DNA of 64,000 nt from an uncultured Gammaproteobacteria bacterium (GTDB lineage Bacteria > Pseudomonadota > Gammaproteobacteria > DRLM01). A program made the translations under genes and the position numbers. Location: contig CAVSNY010000003.1 in assembly GCA_963729605.1 (NCBI GenBank), positions 64,001 through 128,000 of the forward strand, written 5' to 3'. Of the stretch, positions 12,406 through 23,011 are shown piece by piece. Position 1 is the stretch's first letter. Each line of letters starts with the position of its first letter. The notes beneath the pieces are model-generated. The model did not search any database and was not told the DNA's origin. It saw only the letters and a program-made list of their open reading frames with translations.

Positions 12406-13603
12406 GACACTCGCGGCGGCGAACAAGCATGCGGCGGCGCCGGGTCCGGTGCGCCGCAGTTACAGCGCGCAAATGCTGCGCGAGGTCTATCTCAAGCTCG
12501 GCGCCCGCATCGGTCTGGCGTGGATAGGCCTGCTGATCCTGGTCGCGGTGTTCGCGCCTTTCCTCGCCAACAGTCATCCGCTATTGGTGAGTGAAGACGG
12601 CAATCTGCACAGTCCCTTGTTGCGGGCCTTGACCGCCGGTGATGTGAGCCTGCTGGTGATTTTCATCAGCGTGCTGATACTGAGTTTGCTGCGCATCGCA
12701 TTCCGTTACAAGGCGCTGATCTTCACCCTGCTCGCGTTGACCGTCACGCTGGTGAGTTATTTCATGATTTCACCGCCGCAGTTGATCATTTATGAACAGT
12801 ACCGCGAAGCGGAGGCGGCAGGTCGTTACGACTGGGTGCTGCGTACTCCGATTCCCTATTCACCCAAGGATTATCAGCGCGATGCCGGCGAGACCGGGCT
12901 GCAAGCACCGCTCAGCGAACCGACGCGGCCGCATCTGATGGGCACCGACGAAAACGGCGCGGATGTATTGAGCCGGATGATCCACGCCTCGCGCATCGCA
13001 TTGGGCATCGGTTTCGTCGCGACCGGCATTGCCCTGGTGATCGGCGTGTTCATCGGCGGGCTGATGGGTTATTTCTCCGGCGTGGTCGACATGATCGGCA
13101 TGCGCTTGGTGGAGACCTTCGAGGCGGTGCCGACGCTATTTTTGCTGCTCACCTTCGTCGCCTTCTTCGGCGCCAATCTCTACATGATGATGGTGATCAT
13201 CGGTCTCACCGGCTGGACCGGCTACACCCGTTTCGTGCGCGCGGAATTTTTGAAATTGCGCCAGCAGGAATTCGTGCAGGCCGCCGTCGCCTGCGGTCTG
13301 CCGCTCCGTTCCATCCTGTTTCGCCACATGTTGCCCAACGGCATCGCGCCGATTCTGGTGGGCGCGAGTTTCGGCGTGGCCTCCGCCATCCTCGCCGAGG
13401 CGACTTTGAGTTTTCTCGGCTTGGGCCTGGTCGACGATCCGTCGTGGGGCCAGATGCTCAATCAGGCGGTACAAGCGGCGACCTTCAACTGGTGGATGGC
13501 GGTCTTTCCCGGCGGCGCGATTTTTCTCACGGTGTTCGCCTACAATCTAATCGGCGAGGCGATGCGCGACGCCATCGATCCCTATCTGAAAAAGACCGCG
13601 TGA
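12398..13603 (+). CDS. Peptide ABC transporter permease (OppC/DppC-like)
   Basis: HLMGTDENGADVLSR, EFVQAAVACG, RHMLPN, EATLSFLGLG, GEAMRDAIDP. Confidence 0.92.
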   Translation: MSETLAAANKHAAAPGPVRRSYSAQMLREVYLKLGARIGLAWIGLLILVAVFAPFLANSHPLLVSEDGNLHSPLLRALTAGDVSLLVIFISVLILSLLRIAFRYKALIFTLLALTVTLVSYFMISPPQLIIYEQYREAEAAGRYDWVLRTPIPYSPKDYQRDAGETGLQAPLSEPTRPHLMGTDENGADVLSRMIHASRIALGIGFVATGIALVIGVFIGGLMGYFSGVVDMIGMRLVETFEAVPTLFLLLTFVAFFGANLYMMMVIIGLTGWTGYTRFVRAEFLKLRQQEFVQAAVACGLPLRSILFRHMLPNGIAPILVGASFGVASAILAEATLSFLGLGLVDDPSWGQMLNQAVQAATFNWWMAVFPGGAIFLTVFAYNLIGEAMRDAIDPYLKKTA

Positions 13604-13613
13604 ACGTGACGCC

Positions 13614-15305
13614 ATGCTGCTGCAAGTAGACAACCTCAAGACCTATTTGCGCGCCGGCGACCGCCTCGTCAAGGCGGTGGACGGCGTGAGCTTCACGCTC
13701 GAACGCGGCGAAACGTTTTGTTTGGTAGGCGAATCGGGTAGCGGAAAATCCATCTCGGCCTTGTCCATCATTCAACTGCTGCCGCGCGACATCGCCACGC
13801 ATCCCGACGGCAAGGTGTGGTTCGAGCATCGGCGCGCCGATGCCTCTGTCGAACGCGTGGACATGTTGGCTCTGCCGGAAGAAGGCAAACGCGCCATTCG
13901 CGGCGCGCGCATCGGCATGATCTTTCAGGAACCGATGACTTCGCTCAATCCGGTGTTCACCATCGGCGAACAAATCATCGAGACACTGCAACTTCACTAT
14001 CCCGAATTGCCGTATGCGGAGGCCCGCGCCCGCGCCGTCGCGGCATTGGAGCAAGTGCAAATTCCCAATCCGGCGGAACGCATCGACGACTATCCGCATC
14101 GCTTGTCAGGCGGCCAGCGGCAGCGGGTGATGATCGCGATGGCGATGATCTGTGAACCCGATCTGCTGATCGCCGACGAGCCGACCACCGCGCTGGACGT
14201 CACCGTGCAGGCGGAGATACTGCGGCTGATGAAAGATATGCAGCGGCGCAAAGGCACCAGCATTCTTTTCATCACCCACGATTTCGGCGTGGTGTCGGAA
14301 ATGGCCGATCGCCTCGCGGTGATGCGTCATGGCAAAATCGTCGAGAGCGGTAAATTGCGCGACGTGCTCAACGCGCCGCAACACGATTACACGCGGCAAT
14401 TGCTGGCCGCTTTGCCGGAGAACCTCGCGCGCACCCGTCCTGCCGCACGGCGTTCAACGCCGTTCAGCGTTGCGCCCGCGACGGACGAAACACCGGCAAA
14501 GCCGAATGGCGAGCAAGCCCTGGTGGAATTGCGCGGCTTGCAAGTCTATTTTCCGATCAAGAAGGGCGTGTTCAAACACACGGTCGGCCACGTCAAGGCG
14601 GTGGACCAGGTCGATATGCGCATACCGCAAGGGCAAATTCTCGCGCTGGTCGGTGAATCGGGCTGCGGAAAAACCACGCTCGGCCGCGCGATACTCGGCC
14701 TGATCGGCGCCACCGGCGGCGAGATCCGTTTCGCCGGCGACAATATCACCGGCCTCGGCCGCGAAGCGATGCGGCCGTATCGCCGTCACATGCAAATCAT
14801 TTTTCAAGACCCGGTGTCGTCGCTCAATCCGCGCCTCACCGTCGCCAACACCTTGATCGAGCCGATGGCGGTGCACGGCATCGGCGAATCGAAGGAAGAG
14901 CGCATGGAGATCGCCCGCCAAATCCTGCTGCGGGTGCAACTCGATCCCGAACACCTGTGGCGTTATCCCCATGAATTTTCCGGCGGCCAGCGCCAGCGTA
15001 TCGGCATCGCCCGCGCCTTGGTGCTCAATCCGCGCTTCATCGTCTGCGACGAGATCACCAGTGCGCTCGACGTGTCGGTGCAGGCGGAGATCCTGCAAAT
15101 ACTGCTGGATTTATGCCGCGAGCGTTCGCTGACCTTATTGTTCATCACCCATAACATCGGCGTGGTGGAATACCTCGCCGACGAGATGGCGGTGATGCAC
15201 GACGGCAAGATCGTCGAACGTGGTCCGACCGAGCAGGTGAGCCGCCGCCCGCAACATGCCTACACGCAGAAGCTGCTCGCCGCCGTGCCGCGGGTGAAGT
15301 TTTAG
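13614..15305 (+). CDS. Peptide ABC transporter ATPase, fused double NBD
   Basis: Two Walker A motifs ([16 protein letters not shown]), LSGGQ/FSGGQ signatures, DEPTT/DEITS. Confidence 0.94.
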   Translation: MLLQVDNLKTYLRAGDRLVKAVDGVSFTLERGETFCLVGESGSGKSISALSIIQLLPRDIATHPDGKVWFEHRRADASVERVDMLALPEEGKRAIRGARIGMIFQEPMTSLNPVFTIGEQIIETLQLHYPELPYAEARARAVAALEQVQIPNPAERIDDYPHRLSGGQRQRVMIAMAMICEPDLLIADEPTTALDVTVQAEILRLMKDMQRRKGTSILFITHDFGVVSEMADRLAVMRHGKIVESGKLRDVLNAPQHDYTRQLLAALPENLARTRPAARRSTPFSVAPATDETPAKPNGEQALVELRGLQVYFPIKKGVFKHTVGHVKAVDQVDMRIPQGQILALVGESGCGKTTLGRAILGLIGATGGEIRFAGDNITGLGREAMRPYRRHMQIIFQDPVSSLNPRLTVANTLIEPMAVHGIGESKEERMEIARQILLRVQLDPEHLWRYPHEFSGGQRQRIGIARALVLNPRFIVCDEITSALDVSVQAEILQILLDLCRERSLTLLFITHNIGVVEYLADEMAVMHDGKIVERGPTEQVSRRPQHAYTQKLLAAVPRVKF

Positions 15306-15330
15306 ATGAAGGTCTTGCAGCGCGAAAGAA

Positions 15331-15386
15331 GTAATATGCGCCTTGCGCGCGAAACCGCGCTTGGTCGTGCGCATGGCGCACGCTAC
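15331..15386. repeat. REP-like inverted doublet (GTAG family)
   Basis: GTGCGCATGGCGCACGCTAC (reverse complement GTAGCGTGCGCCATGCGCAC) at 15367-15386 facing a degenerate GTAATATGCGCCTTGCGCGC at 15331-15350. Confidence 0.55.
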
Positions 15387-15420
15387 GATTTACCCATCAC
15401 CACGGCATTGCCCACATCTC

Positions 15421-15458
15421 CCCCCTCTCCCCGACGGGAGAGGGGCAGGGGAGAGGGT
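15421..15458. repeat. BoxC-like repeat
   Basis: CCCCTCTCCC-cgac-GGGAGAGGGG-CAGGGGAGAGGG. Confidence 0.8.
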
Positions 15459-15478
15459 GATTTTCTAGCGATATAACG

Positions 15479-17497
15479 ATGCAGCCACCTCTACTCTCCG
15501 TCAAACAACTCACCACCCGCCTCGCGACGCCGCGCGGTGTATTGCGTCCGGTGGACGGCGTGAGTTTCGAGGTGCGTCGCGGCGAAACCTTCGCCCTGCT
15601 CGGTGAATCCGGCTGCGGAAAATCCATGACGGCCTTATCGCTGATGCGTTTGCTGCCGCCGCAGGCGGCAGGCAATCTCGATGGCGAGGTGTGGCTGAAC
15701 GGCCGCGACCTGCTGGCCCTGTCGGAAGACGACATGCGCGAGATGCGCGGCAATCATCTGGCGATGATTTTTCAAGAACCGATGACCTCGCTCAATCCGG
15801 TGTTCACGGTGGGCGAGCAAATCGGTGAAGTCTTGCGCCACCATAAAAAAATGAACGGCGCCACGGCGCGCCGGCGGGTGTTGGAACTGCTCGACGCGGT
15901 CGGCATTCCCGACCGCGAACGGCGCTACGGCGAATATCCGCATCAACTCTCGGGCGGCATGAAACAACGGGTGATGATCGCCATCGCCCTGGCCGGCGGG
16001 CCCGAGCTGCTGATCGCCGACGAACCCACCACCGCGCTCGACGTCACCATCCAGGCGCAGATACTCGAACTGCTGCAACGGCTGCAAAAAGATCTGGGCA
16101 TGGCCATCGTGCTCATTACCCACGACCTCGGGGTGGTGGCGGGCATGGCTGATCAAGTGGCGGTGATGTACGCGGGCCACATCGTCGAGCAGGCGACGCG
16201 CGCTGACTTCTTCGCGCGGCCGTTGCATCCCTATTCGCAAAAATTGTTCGCTTCCATGCCCGGCCGCGGCAAGCGCGGCCATAAACTGGCGGTGATCGAA
16301 GGCGGTGTGCCGTCGCTCGCCCAGGAATTCCGCGCCTGCCGTTTCGCCGATCGCTGCCAATATGCGTGGTCGACTTGTCATGAATCGGCGCCGCGCTGGT
16401 TGGAAGTAACGGCGGGACACTGGGCGCGTTGCCACCTCCACGATCCGCAAGTAGTGAAGCCGGCGACGGCGCCGCTGAATATCGCCGAAGAAACGGTGCA
16501 GGCGCCTGCGGCTGAATCCACCCACACTTTGTTGCACGTGGACGATTTGAAGGTGCACTTTCCCGTCCACCACGGTTTGCTAAAACGTGTGGCGGGACAC
16601 GTGCGCGCGGTGGACGGCATCTCGCTGGAGTTGCAGCGTGGCCGCACCGTGGCGCTGGTCGGTGAATCGGGCTGCGGCAAGACCACCGCGGGCAAAGCCA
16701 TCCTGCAATTGATCCGCCCCACCGGCGGCAGCGTGCGTTACAACGGACTGGAACTCACAACACTTTCCGCGCACGCGCTGCGCCCGCATCGCCGCGAACT
16801 GCAAATCATCTTTCAGGACGCCTACTCTTCGATGAATCCGCGCATGCGGGTCGGCGACATCATCGCCGAAGGCATGCTGGCGCAAGACATCGGCGGTGAT
16901 GCCGCCGCGCGCCGGCGGCGCGTCGATGAGTTACTGGCGCAAGTGGGCTTGCCCGCCGAGGCCAAACAACGTTATCCGCATGAATTCTCCGGCGGCCAGC
17001 GCCAGCGCATCTGCATAGCGCGCGCGCTGGCGGTGAATCCCAAACTCATCGTCTGCGACGAACCCACCAGCGCGCTCGACGTGTCGGTGCAGGCGCAGGT
17101 GTTGAATCTGTTGAAAGGTTTGCAGGACGAACTCGGCCTCGCCTATCTCTTCATCACCCACAACATGTCGGTGGTGGAGTACCTGGCGCACACCGTCGCG
17201 GTGATGTACCTCGGCCGCATCGTCGAGCAGGGCACCATGGAAGAAGTGCTCAAGACGCCCAAACATCCGTACACACAGGCGCTGTTGTCGGCGGTGCCGA
17301 CCATCGATGAAGACGCGCAACGCGAGGTCATTCGTTTGCAGGGTGATTTGCCCTCGCCGGTGAATCCACCGGCGGGTTGTCATTTTCATCCGCGGTGTCC
17401 GCATGTGATGGCGCAGTGTCGGGAGAAATATCCTGCTCCATCGCAATTGAGTGAGACGCGGCGGGTGCATTGCTTTTTGTATAGCGAGAATGCTTGA
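15479..17497 (+). CDS. Second fused double-NBD peptide ABC ATPase with Cys-rich oligo_HPY extensions
   Basis: GESGCGKS and GESGCGKT; HPYSQ...CRFADRC...C...C and HPYTQ...CHFHPRC...C...C. Confidence 0.94.
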   Translation: MQPPLLSVKQLTTRLATPRGVLRPVDGVSFEVRRGETFALLGESGCGKSMTALSLMRLLPPQAAGNLDGEVWLNGRDLLALSEDDMREMRGNHLAMIFQEPMTSLNPVFTVGEQIGEVLRHHKKMNGATARRRVLELLDAVGIPDRERRYGEYPHQLSGGMKQRVMIAIALAGGPELLIADEPTTALDVTIQAQILELLQRLQKDLGMAIVLITHDLGVVAGMADQVAVMYAGHIVEQATRADFFARPLHPYSQKLFASMPGRGKRGHKLAVIEGGVPSLAQEFRACRFADRCQYAWSTCHESAPRWLEVTAGHWARCHLHDPQVVKPATAPLNIAEETVQAPAAESTHTLLHVDDLKVHFPVHHGLLKRVAGHVRAVDGISLELQRGRTVALVGESGCGKTTAGKAILQLIRPTGGSVRYNGLELTTLSAHALRPHRRELQIIFQDAYSSMNPRMRVGDIIAEGMLAQDIGGDAAARRRRVDELLAQVGLPAEAKQRYPHEFSGGQRQRICIARALAVNPKLIVCDEPTSALDVSVQAQVLNLLKGLQDELGLAYLFITHNMSVVEYLAHTVAVMYLGRIVEQGTMEEVLKTPKHPYTQALLSAVPTIDEDAQREVIRLQGDLPSPVNPPAGCHFHPRCPHVMAQCREKYPAPSQLSETRRVHCFLYSENA

Positions 17498-17747
17498 TTG
17501 GTATTGCGACTTTCGGTTGCGCCACATTGGCATACAGAAAGACGCCAATTAGGGTCGCTAATATAAGCTAGACCGCCAAATGCAGATAGGCCGGGCGCAA
17601 TAATCGAATATCTTCCCAGTCTCGAAGGGCATGTGCGCAATCGGTTCCGCGACATCCCGTGATTACGCTGTGCTTGGCGGCTTTATAACCGATCAGGTGC
17701 GCCGATGAAGGATGCGCATGCCTCGACGTTTACGAGGGCGGGGATGT

Positions 17748-17960
17748 TCAACGTGAGTTGTCTGGTGTCGTCCCCGCGCGGTCTTTGCCCCGGCGGGCCA
17801 TTACGATGCCTAATACGACGGGAAGGATGACCACCAAAAGCAACGCTGCCAGCGGGAGCACCCAGTTGGGTAATTCATCCATTCCGCCTACGAAGATCAA
17901 AAACGCGATTACCGCGGTGGTGGCCAGCGCGTAGCTAAGAAAGGTGCCCAGTTCTTTCAT
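17748..17960 (-). CDS. Small hypothetical membrane protein (2 TM)
   Basis: 70-aa ORF from MKELGTFL with two hydrophobic segments and a basic tail. Confidence 0.55.
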   Translation of the reverse strand: MKELGTFLSYALATTAVIAFLIFVGGMDELPNWVLPLAALLLVVILPVVLGIVMARRGKDRAGTTPDNSR

Positions 17961-18104
17961 CGTGTGATACTCCGCGGTCATTGAATGCTGGTGGCCATAG
18001 TACCCATTCCGCCGCGCGCGGGCAAACTTCGGCTATTCGGGTTCGAGGCGATGGGCGGAATATTCACTGGTGGGTGTCGCTATCAGGCTTGTTTTTTAAA
18101 ATCC

Positions 18105-18135
18105 AGGGAACCTCTGATTTATTCAGAGCTTCCCT
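18105..18135. repeat. Short palindrome made of two IS-like ends
   Basis: AGGGAACCTCTGA-tttat-TCAGAGCTTCCCT (12/13 match); TATTCAGAGCTTCC recurs identically at 35337-35350. Confidence 0.6.
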
Positions 18136-18208
18136 AGATGCGTTCCGATAAACGCATGTACACAAATTTAGCGGGCCGTTAAAAACCGCGGCTATGAAAC
18201 ACGGTGAG

Positions 18209-19954
18209 TTAACCCGCGCCCGCGTTGCTGTCCGAAGTGACGAAGAGGGTGAGGCGTTGGCCGGGTTGTAAGACGCGATTTTTGGAGAGTCGATTCCAGG
18301 TCTGGAGTTGTTTTACCGAGACCTTGAAGCGTTTGGAGATGAGGGCGAGGGAGTCGCCGGCGCGTACGGTGTAGGTGATTTTGCGGGGGTCCGGTTTTTT
18401 GGTCTTGCCGCCGGCGTCGGCTTCGGTGCGGGCGCCGGCCTTGATGATCAAGTGTTGGCCGGGGCGCAGTCCCGCCTGGCTGTCGAGTTTGTTCCAGGCC
18501 GCGAGTTGTTTGACCGGCACGCCGTAGCGGCGGGAGAGCAGCCACAGGGAATCGCCGGCCACCACGCGATGGGTGTGGGTGTTGGTGGCGGGGGTGATTT
18601 CGTCGGCGGTGTCCGCCGGATCGGCGCCGTTGGCGAGCGGTACGATCAGCTCTTGTCCGGCGCGGACGGGTTTGTTGCCGAGCTGGTTGATGCGGGTCAA
18701 GACACTGACCTGGGTGGCGTACCGCTGGGCGAGTTGGCTGAGGGTTTCGCCGGCGCGGACTTGATGGCGTACCCAGCGCACCCGCTGTTCAGGCGGCAAT
18801 TCCGCCAGCCCGGCATTGAAGGCCTCCACCCGGTCGGCGGGGAGTAAGAGCCGATGCGGGCCGCCGTCGGGGTCGGTGGCCCAGTGGTTGTGGCCGGGGT
18901 TGAGGCGATGGAGTTCTTCGATGCTCATATTGGCCAGTTCGGCGGCGACCGCGAAATCGAGTTGACCGTCGACCTCCACGCTGGCGAGGTAGGGCAGGTC
19001 GGCTATGGGGGCGAGGGCGATGCCTTCGTGATCGGGGCGAGCGACGATGGCGCTGATGGCCAGCAGGCGCGGGACGTATTCCTGGGTCTGAGGCGGCAGG
19101 TTCAGCGACCAATAGTCGGTGGGTTTGCCCAGCCGTTTATTTTCGCGGATGGCTTTGGCGACGGTGCCTTCGCCGGAGTTGTAGGCGGCCAGCGCCAGCA
19201 GCCAGTCGCCGTCGAATAAGTCATGCAGGTATTGCAGATAATCCAAGGCGGCCTGGGTGGAGGCCACCACGTCGCGGCGACCGTCGTACCACCAGGTGCG
19301 TTTGAGGCCGAAGCGTTTGCCGGTGTCGGGAATGAATTGCCACAAGCCCGAGGCGCGGCTGGAGGAGAGGGCGAAGGGCTGGTAGGCGCTTTCCACCACC
19401 GGCAGCAAGGCGATCTCGGCGGGCATGCCGCGTTGCTCGACTTCGTTGAAGACGTAATGCAGATAGGGCGCGGCCTGTTGCGCCACCCGTTCCAAGTAGC
19501 GGGGGTGACGGGTGTACCAGGTGGTGGCGGTCTGCACCCGGGGGTTGTCTTTTTGGGTGAGCGACAGGCCGTCGCGGATGCGCTCCCATAAGTCGCCGGG
19601 TTCGGCGGGCGCGGTTTCGTCGTCGAGCGCCAGGTCGGCGGCGAGGTCTTCCGTCAGGTCGGCCTCGACATCGGTTTCGAGATCAAGGGGGAGTGGCAAT
19701 GGATCGAGCAGGCCGGGTTTGCTGGCGCGTTTTACCCGCGGACCGGTCGGCTGGCCCAGCGGATTGAGGTCCGCCGGGCTGAGCTTGTCGGTGAGTGGGC
19801 TGACGGTGGTTTCCCCCCGGGTGTCGCCATCGCCATGCGCGGCGGGGAGGGCGGCCCGGTTCGGTCCCACGGCGCAGCCGGATAAGAGGCTCAAGCCGAG
19901 CAGCAGGCCCGCGACGGTCACTATGCATGATTTTTTGTTATGTGTTTTCAGCAC
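18209..19954 (-). CDS. mltD: Membrane-bound lytic murein transglycosylase D with three LysM domains
   Basis: Lipobox LSGC, LPVVESAY, GLWQF, ALAAYNSGEG, three LysM repeats; downstream of gloB. Confidence 0.92.
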   Translation of the reverse strand: MLKTHNKKSCIVTVAGLLLGLSLLSGCAVGPNRAALPAAHGDGDTRGETTVSPLTDKLSPADLNPLGQPTGPRVKRASKPGLLDPLPLPLDLETDVEADLTEDLAADLALDDETAPAEPGDLWERIRDGLSLTQKDNPRVQTATTWYTRHPRYLERVAQQAAPYLHYVFNEVEQRGMPAEIALLPVVESAYQPFALSSSRASGLWQFIPDTGKRFGLKRTWWYDGRRDVVASTQAALDYLQYLHDLFDGDWLLALAAYNSGEGTVAKAIRENKRLGKPTDYWSLNLPPQTQEYVPRLLAISAIVARPDHEGIALAPIADLPYLASVEVDGQLDFAVAAELANMSIEELHRLNPGHNHWATDPDGGPHRLLLPADRVEAFNAGLAELPPEQRVRWVRHQVRAGETLSQLAQRYATQVSVLTRINQLGNKPVRAGQELIVPLANGADPADTADEITPATNTHTHRVVAGDSLWLLSRRYGVPVKQLAAWNKLDSQAGLRPGQHLIIKAGARTEADAGGKTKKPDPRKITYTVRAGDSLALISKRFKVSVKQLQTWNRLSKNRVLQPGQRLTLFVTSDSNAGAG

Positions 19955-20030
19955 TATAAAATTTTCTCACGCGCCCATGGTGGTGAGCTTAATCAAGGTG
20001 GGGGCTGGTTTATGTTAACAGGGTCCCACT

Positions 20031-20807
20031 TCAGCCGTTCCAGTGGTCTTTCCATTCGCGGACGGTGGCGAAGGTCTCCACCCCCGGCCGGCGCGGCCGG
20101 CCGGCGTGGCGGGACGCGGCGGCCGTGACGACAGGCATGTCGCAACGGAGAAAGGGGTTGGTGTCCTTCTCCAGTTCCAGGGTCGCCGGCACGGTGGGCA
20201 GGCCGCGGCGGCGCAAGTCTTCGGTCGTTTCATAACGGGCCTGGAGGGCCCGGTTGTCCGGTTCCACCGCCAGGGCGAAGCGTAGGTTACCCAAGGTGTA
20301 TTCGTGAGCGCAATAGACCAGGGTGTCCGCCGGCAGGGCCGCGAGTTTTTGCAGGGAGGCGTGCATCTGCGCGGCCGTGCCTTCGAACAGCCGCCCGCAG
20401 CCGCCGGCGAACAGGGTGTCGCCGCAAAACAGCAGGCCGCCGCCATGATAGGCGATGTGACCGGCGGTGTGGCCGGGCACGTCGCTGACGCCGAAGACGG
20501 GCAGGCCGGGCAGGGAAACGGTATCGCCTTCGCGCAAGGCATGGGTGAGGTGCGGGATGCGCTCGCCCGCCGGCCCATAGACCGTGAGCGGATAACGGGC
20601 GCACAAGGCCTCGACGCCGCCGACGTGATCGCTGTGATGATGGGTGATCAGCAGGGTGGTGGGGACGAGGCTGCGCCGGGCCAGCACTTGCAGCACCGGC
20701 CCGGCGTCGCCGGGATCGACGATGGCCACCGCGGGTGATGCGCCTTCCCCCACGACCAGCCAGATGTAATTGTCCCGGAAGGCCGGGATCGCCTGTACTT
20801 CAACCAT
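20031..20807 (-). CDS. gloB: Hydroxyacylglutathione hydrolase (glyoxalase II)
   Basis: IPAFRDNYIW, THHHSDHVGG, PGHTAGH, CGDTLF, CAHEYT. Confidence 0.95.
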   Translation of the reverse strand: MVEVQAIPAFRDNYIWLVVGEGASPAVAIVDPGDAGPVLQVLARRSLVPTTLLITHHHSDHVGGVEALCARYPLTVYGPAGERIPHLTHALREGDTVSLPGLPVFGVSDVPGHTAGHIAYHGGGLLFCGDTLFAGGCGRLFEGTAAQMHASLQKLAALPADTLVYCAHEYTLGNLRFALAVEPDNRALQARYETTEDLRRRGLPTVPATLELEKDTNPFLRCDMPVVTAAASRHAGRPRRPGVETFATVREWKDHWNG

Positions 20808-20924
20808 GGACGGATGCTGACAGTCTTGCCGGAAACGGTCAACGTCGGAGGGCCGCGCGATGGGTGGTGTCCGCGCCCGTAGGCCGGTATGCTGTATCAG
20901 ATTTTTCAGAGAGATGGCTGCGTG

Positions 20925-21701
20925 ATGGATGGACGATACGTCTGCTCCGACGACAACGGCGAGCGCCACGCGCTGCGGGCGTGGTTCGCCAGCGGTTTGG
21001 GCGCGAACCTGCTGGAACAGGAACGCGCGGTCCTCGACGATCTGCTGCAGGATTTGTTCGGTTACTATCTGTTGCAATTGGGTGTCGCCACCCCGGTCGA
21101 TCTGTTGAGCGCAAGCCGGATCCGGGCGCGGGTGATGATGGACAAAGAGTTGCCGCCGCGGGTGGGCGCGTGCCCGGTGCGGACGCTGACCCACGCCGTG
21201 CCGGTAAGCGCCGACAGCGTCGACGTGGTATTACTGCATCACACCCTGGAGTTCGCCGCCGATCCCCACGCCATCTTGCGCGAGGTGGAGCGGATATTGA
21301 TTCCCGAAGGCCATGTGGTGATCGTCGCCTTCAATCCCTGGAGTTTCTGGGGGCTGTGGCGTTTATTGCGCCGCCGGCGGGGTCGTCCGCCGTGGTGCGG
21401 GCATTTTCTGGGCGTGACGCGCATCAAAGATTGGATGGGTTTGTTGGGTTTCGACACGGTGGAGGTGAGACCGCTGTTTTTCCGGCCGCCGCTGCGCCAC
21501 GAAGGCATGATGCGGCGTATGCGTTTTCTCGATCGGGCGGGGGAGCGCTGGTGGCCGCTGCTGGGCGGCGTTCATGTCGTGGTGGCCAAGAAACGCGTCG
21601 CGACCCTCACGCCCATCAAACCCCGCTGGCTGCGGCCCAAACGGGTCGCCCTGGTCGCGGATGCGGCGGAACCGAGCAGCGGCCGCGTCATCAATGGCTG
21701 A
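20925..21701 (+). CDS. SAM-dependent methyltransferase (YafS-like); start uncertain (20889 or 20925)
   Basis: [33 protein letters not shown]; between gloB and rnhA. Confidence 0.85.
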   Translation: MDGRYVCSDDNGERHALRAWFASGLGANLLEQERAVLDDLLQDLFGYYLLQLGVATPVDLLSASRIRARVMMDKELPPRVGACPVRTLTHAVPVSADSVDVVLLHHTLEFAADPHAILREVERILIPEGHVVIVAFNPWSFWGLWRLLRRRRGRPPWCGHFLGVTRIKDWMGLLGFDTVEVRPLFFRPPLRHEGMMRRMRFLDRAGERWWPLLGGVHVVVAKKRVATLTPIKPRWLRPKRVALVADAAEPSSGRVING

Positions 21702-22134
21702 GGCGGTGGCGATGTTTACCGACGGGGCCTGCCGCGGTAACCCCGGTCCGGGCGGCTGGGGGGTGGTGCTGCGTTTCAAGGGTACGGAGAAAACCTTGTA
21801 TGGCGCCGAACCGCACACCACCAATAACCGCATGGAGTTGATGGCGGCCATCGCCGGTTTGGAGGCCTTGACCCGGCCCTGCGAGGTGGATCTCACCACC
21901 GACTCGCAATACGTGAAGCGCGGGATCACCGAATGGCTGCCCAGCTGGAAAGGGCGCGATTGGAAGACCGCCGACCGCAAGCCGGTGAAGAACGTCGATT
22001 TGTGGCAGCGGCTGGACGCCGCCGCGGCCCGCCACCGGGTGCGCTGGCACTGGGTGCGCGGCCACACCGGCCATCCCGAAAATGAATGGGCCGACGCGCT
22101 AGCCAACCAGGCCATAGATGAGTTACAAAAGTAA
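21694..22134 (+). CDS. rnhA: Ribonuclease HI
   Basis: [44 protein letters not shown]. Confidence 0.97.
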   Translation: MAEAVAMFTDGACRGNPGPGGWGVVLRFKGTEKTLYGAEPHTTNNRMELMAAIAGLEALTRPCEVDLTTDSQYVKRGITEWLPSWKGRDWKTADRKPVKNVDLWQRLDAAAARHRVRWHWVRGHTGHPENEWADALANQAIDELQK

Positions 22135-22194
22135 GTTACGAAAGAACTAAACTAATACAGGCCGTCACGTGAGACGGTCGCCAGGGGAGTGGAC

Positions 22195-22923
22195 ATGAGG
22201 CAGGTGGTGCTGGATACGGAAACGACCGGTTTGGAACCGGCCCAGGGTCACCGCATCATCGAGATCGGCTGCGTGGAGATGATCAATCGGCGCCTGACCG
22301 GGCGGCGCTTTCATCAATATCTGCAACCCGACCGCGAGATCGACGCCGGCGCGATCGAAGTGCATGGCATCACCAATGAAAAGCTGGTCGGCAAGCCGCG
22401 CTTCGCCGAAATAGCCGATGAATTCCTGGCCTTCATCCGCGACGCGGAGCTCATCATCCATAACGCGCCCTTCGACGTGGGCTTCATCAACGCCGAACTC
22501 GTGCGCGCCGGTGAAACATACGGCCAGTTGAGCGGCTATTGCAGCGTGCTCGACACCCTGGTGCAGGCCCGCCGCCTCCACCCCGGCCAGCGCAATAGTT
22601 TGGACGCCTTGTGCAAACGCTATGGCATCGACAACGCCCACCGCGAATTGCATGGCGCCTTGCTCGACGCCGAGATCCTCGCCGACGTGTATCTGGCCAT
22701 GACCGGTGGACAGGCCACCCTGCTGCTGGACGCCGGCCAAGAGACGCATGCCACCGACAGCGCCGGCATCCGTCCGCTGAGCGCGGCACGGGCGCCGTTG
22801 CGGGTGGTGCGGGCCAGCGCGGAAGAACAAGGCGCCCACGCGGCCTACCTGCACTTCATCGCCGGCAAGAGCGGCGGGCCCAGCGTATGGGAAAAGCTGG
22901 AGGCGGCGGGGACGGTACAGTGA
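22195..22923 (+). CDS. dnaQ: DNA polymerase III epsilon subunit
   Basis: LDTETTG, HNAPFDVGF, HGALLDAEIL, MTGGQATL. Confidence 0.97.
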   Translation: MRQVVLDTETTGLEPAQGHRIIEIGCVEMINRRLTGRRFHQYLQPDREIDAGAIEVHGITNEKLVGKPRFAEIADEFLAFIRDAELIIHNAPFDVGFINAELVRAGETYGQLSGYCSVLDTLVQARRLHPGQRNSLDALCKRYGIDNAHRELHGALLDAEILADVYLAMTGGQATLLLDAGQETHATDSAGIRPLSAARAPLRVVRASAEEQGAHAAYLHFIAGKSGGPSVWEKLEAAGTVQ

Positions 22924-23011
22924 GTGACAACGAGATAAAGCGAGCGATTTAAATCGCCGGGTTTAAACAGGTCCGCGGGTGAGGGTGCCGAGTCAAAAAA
23001 GGGGGACGCCA

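Noticed and set aside
20808-21194. Apparent long N-terminal extension of GloB
   Set aside because: Overlaps the divergent methyltransferase; family start MVEVQAIPAF is at 20807
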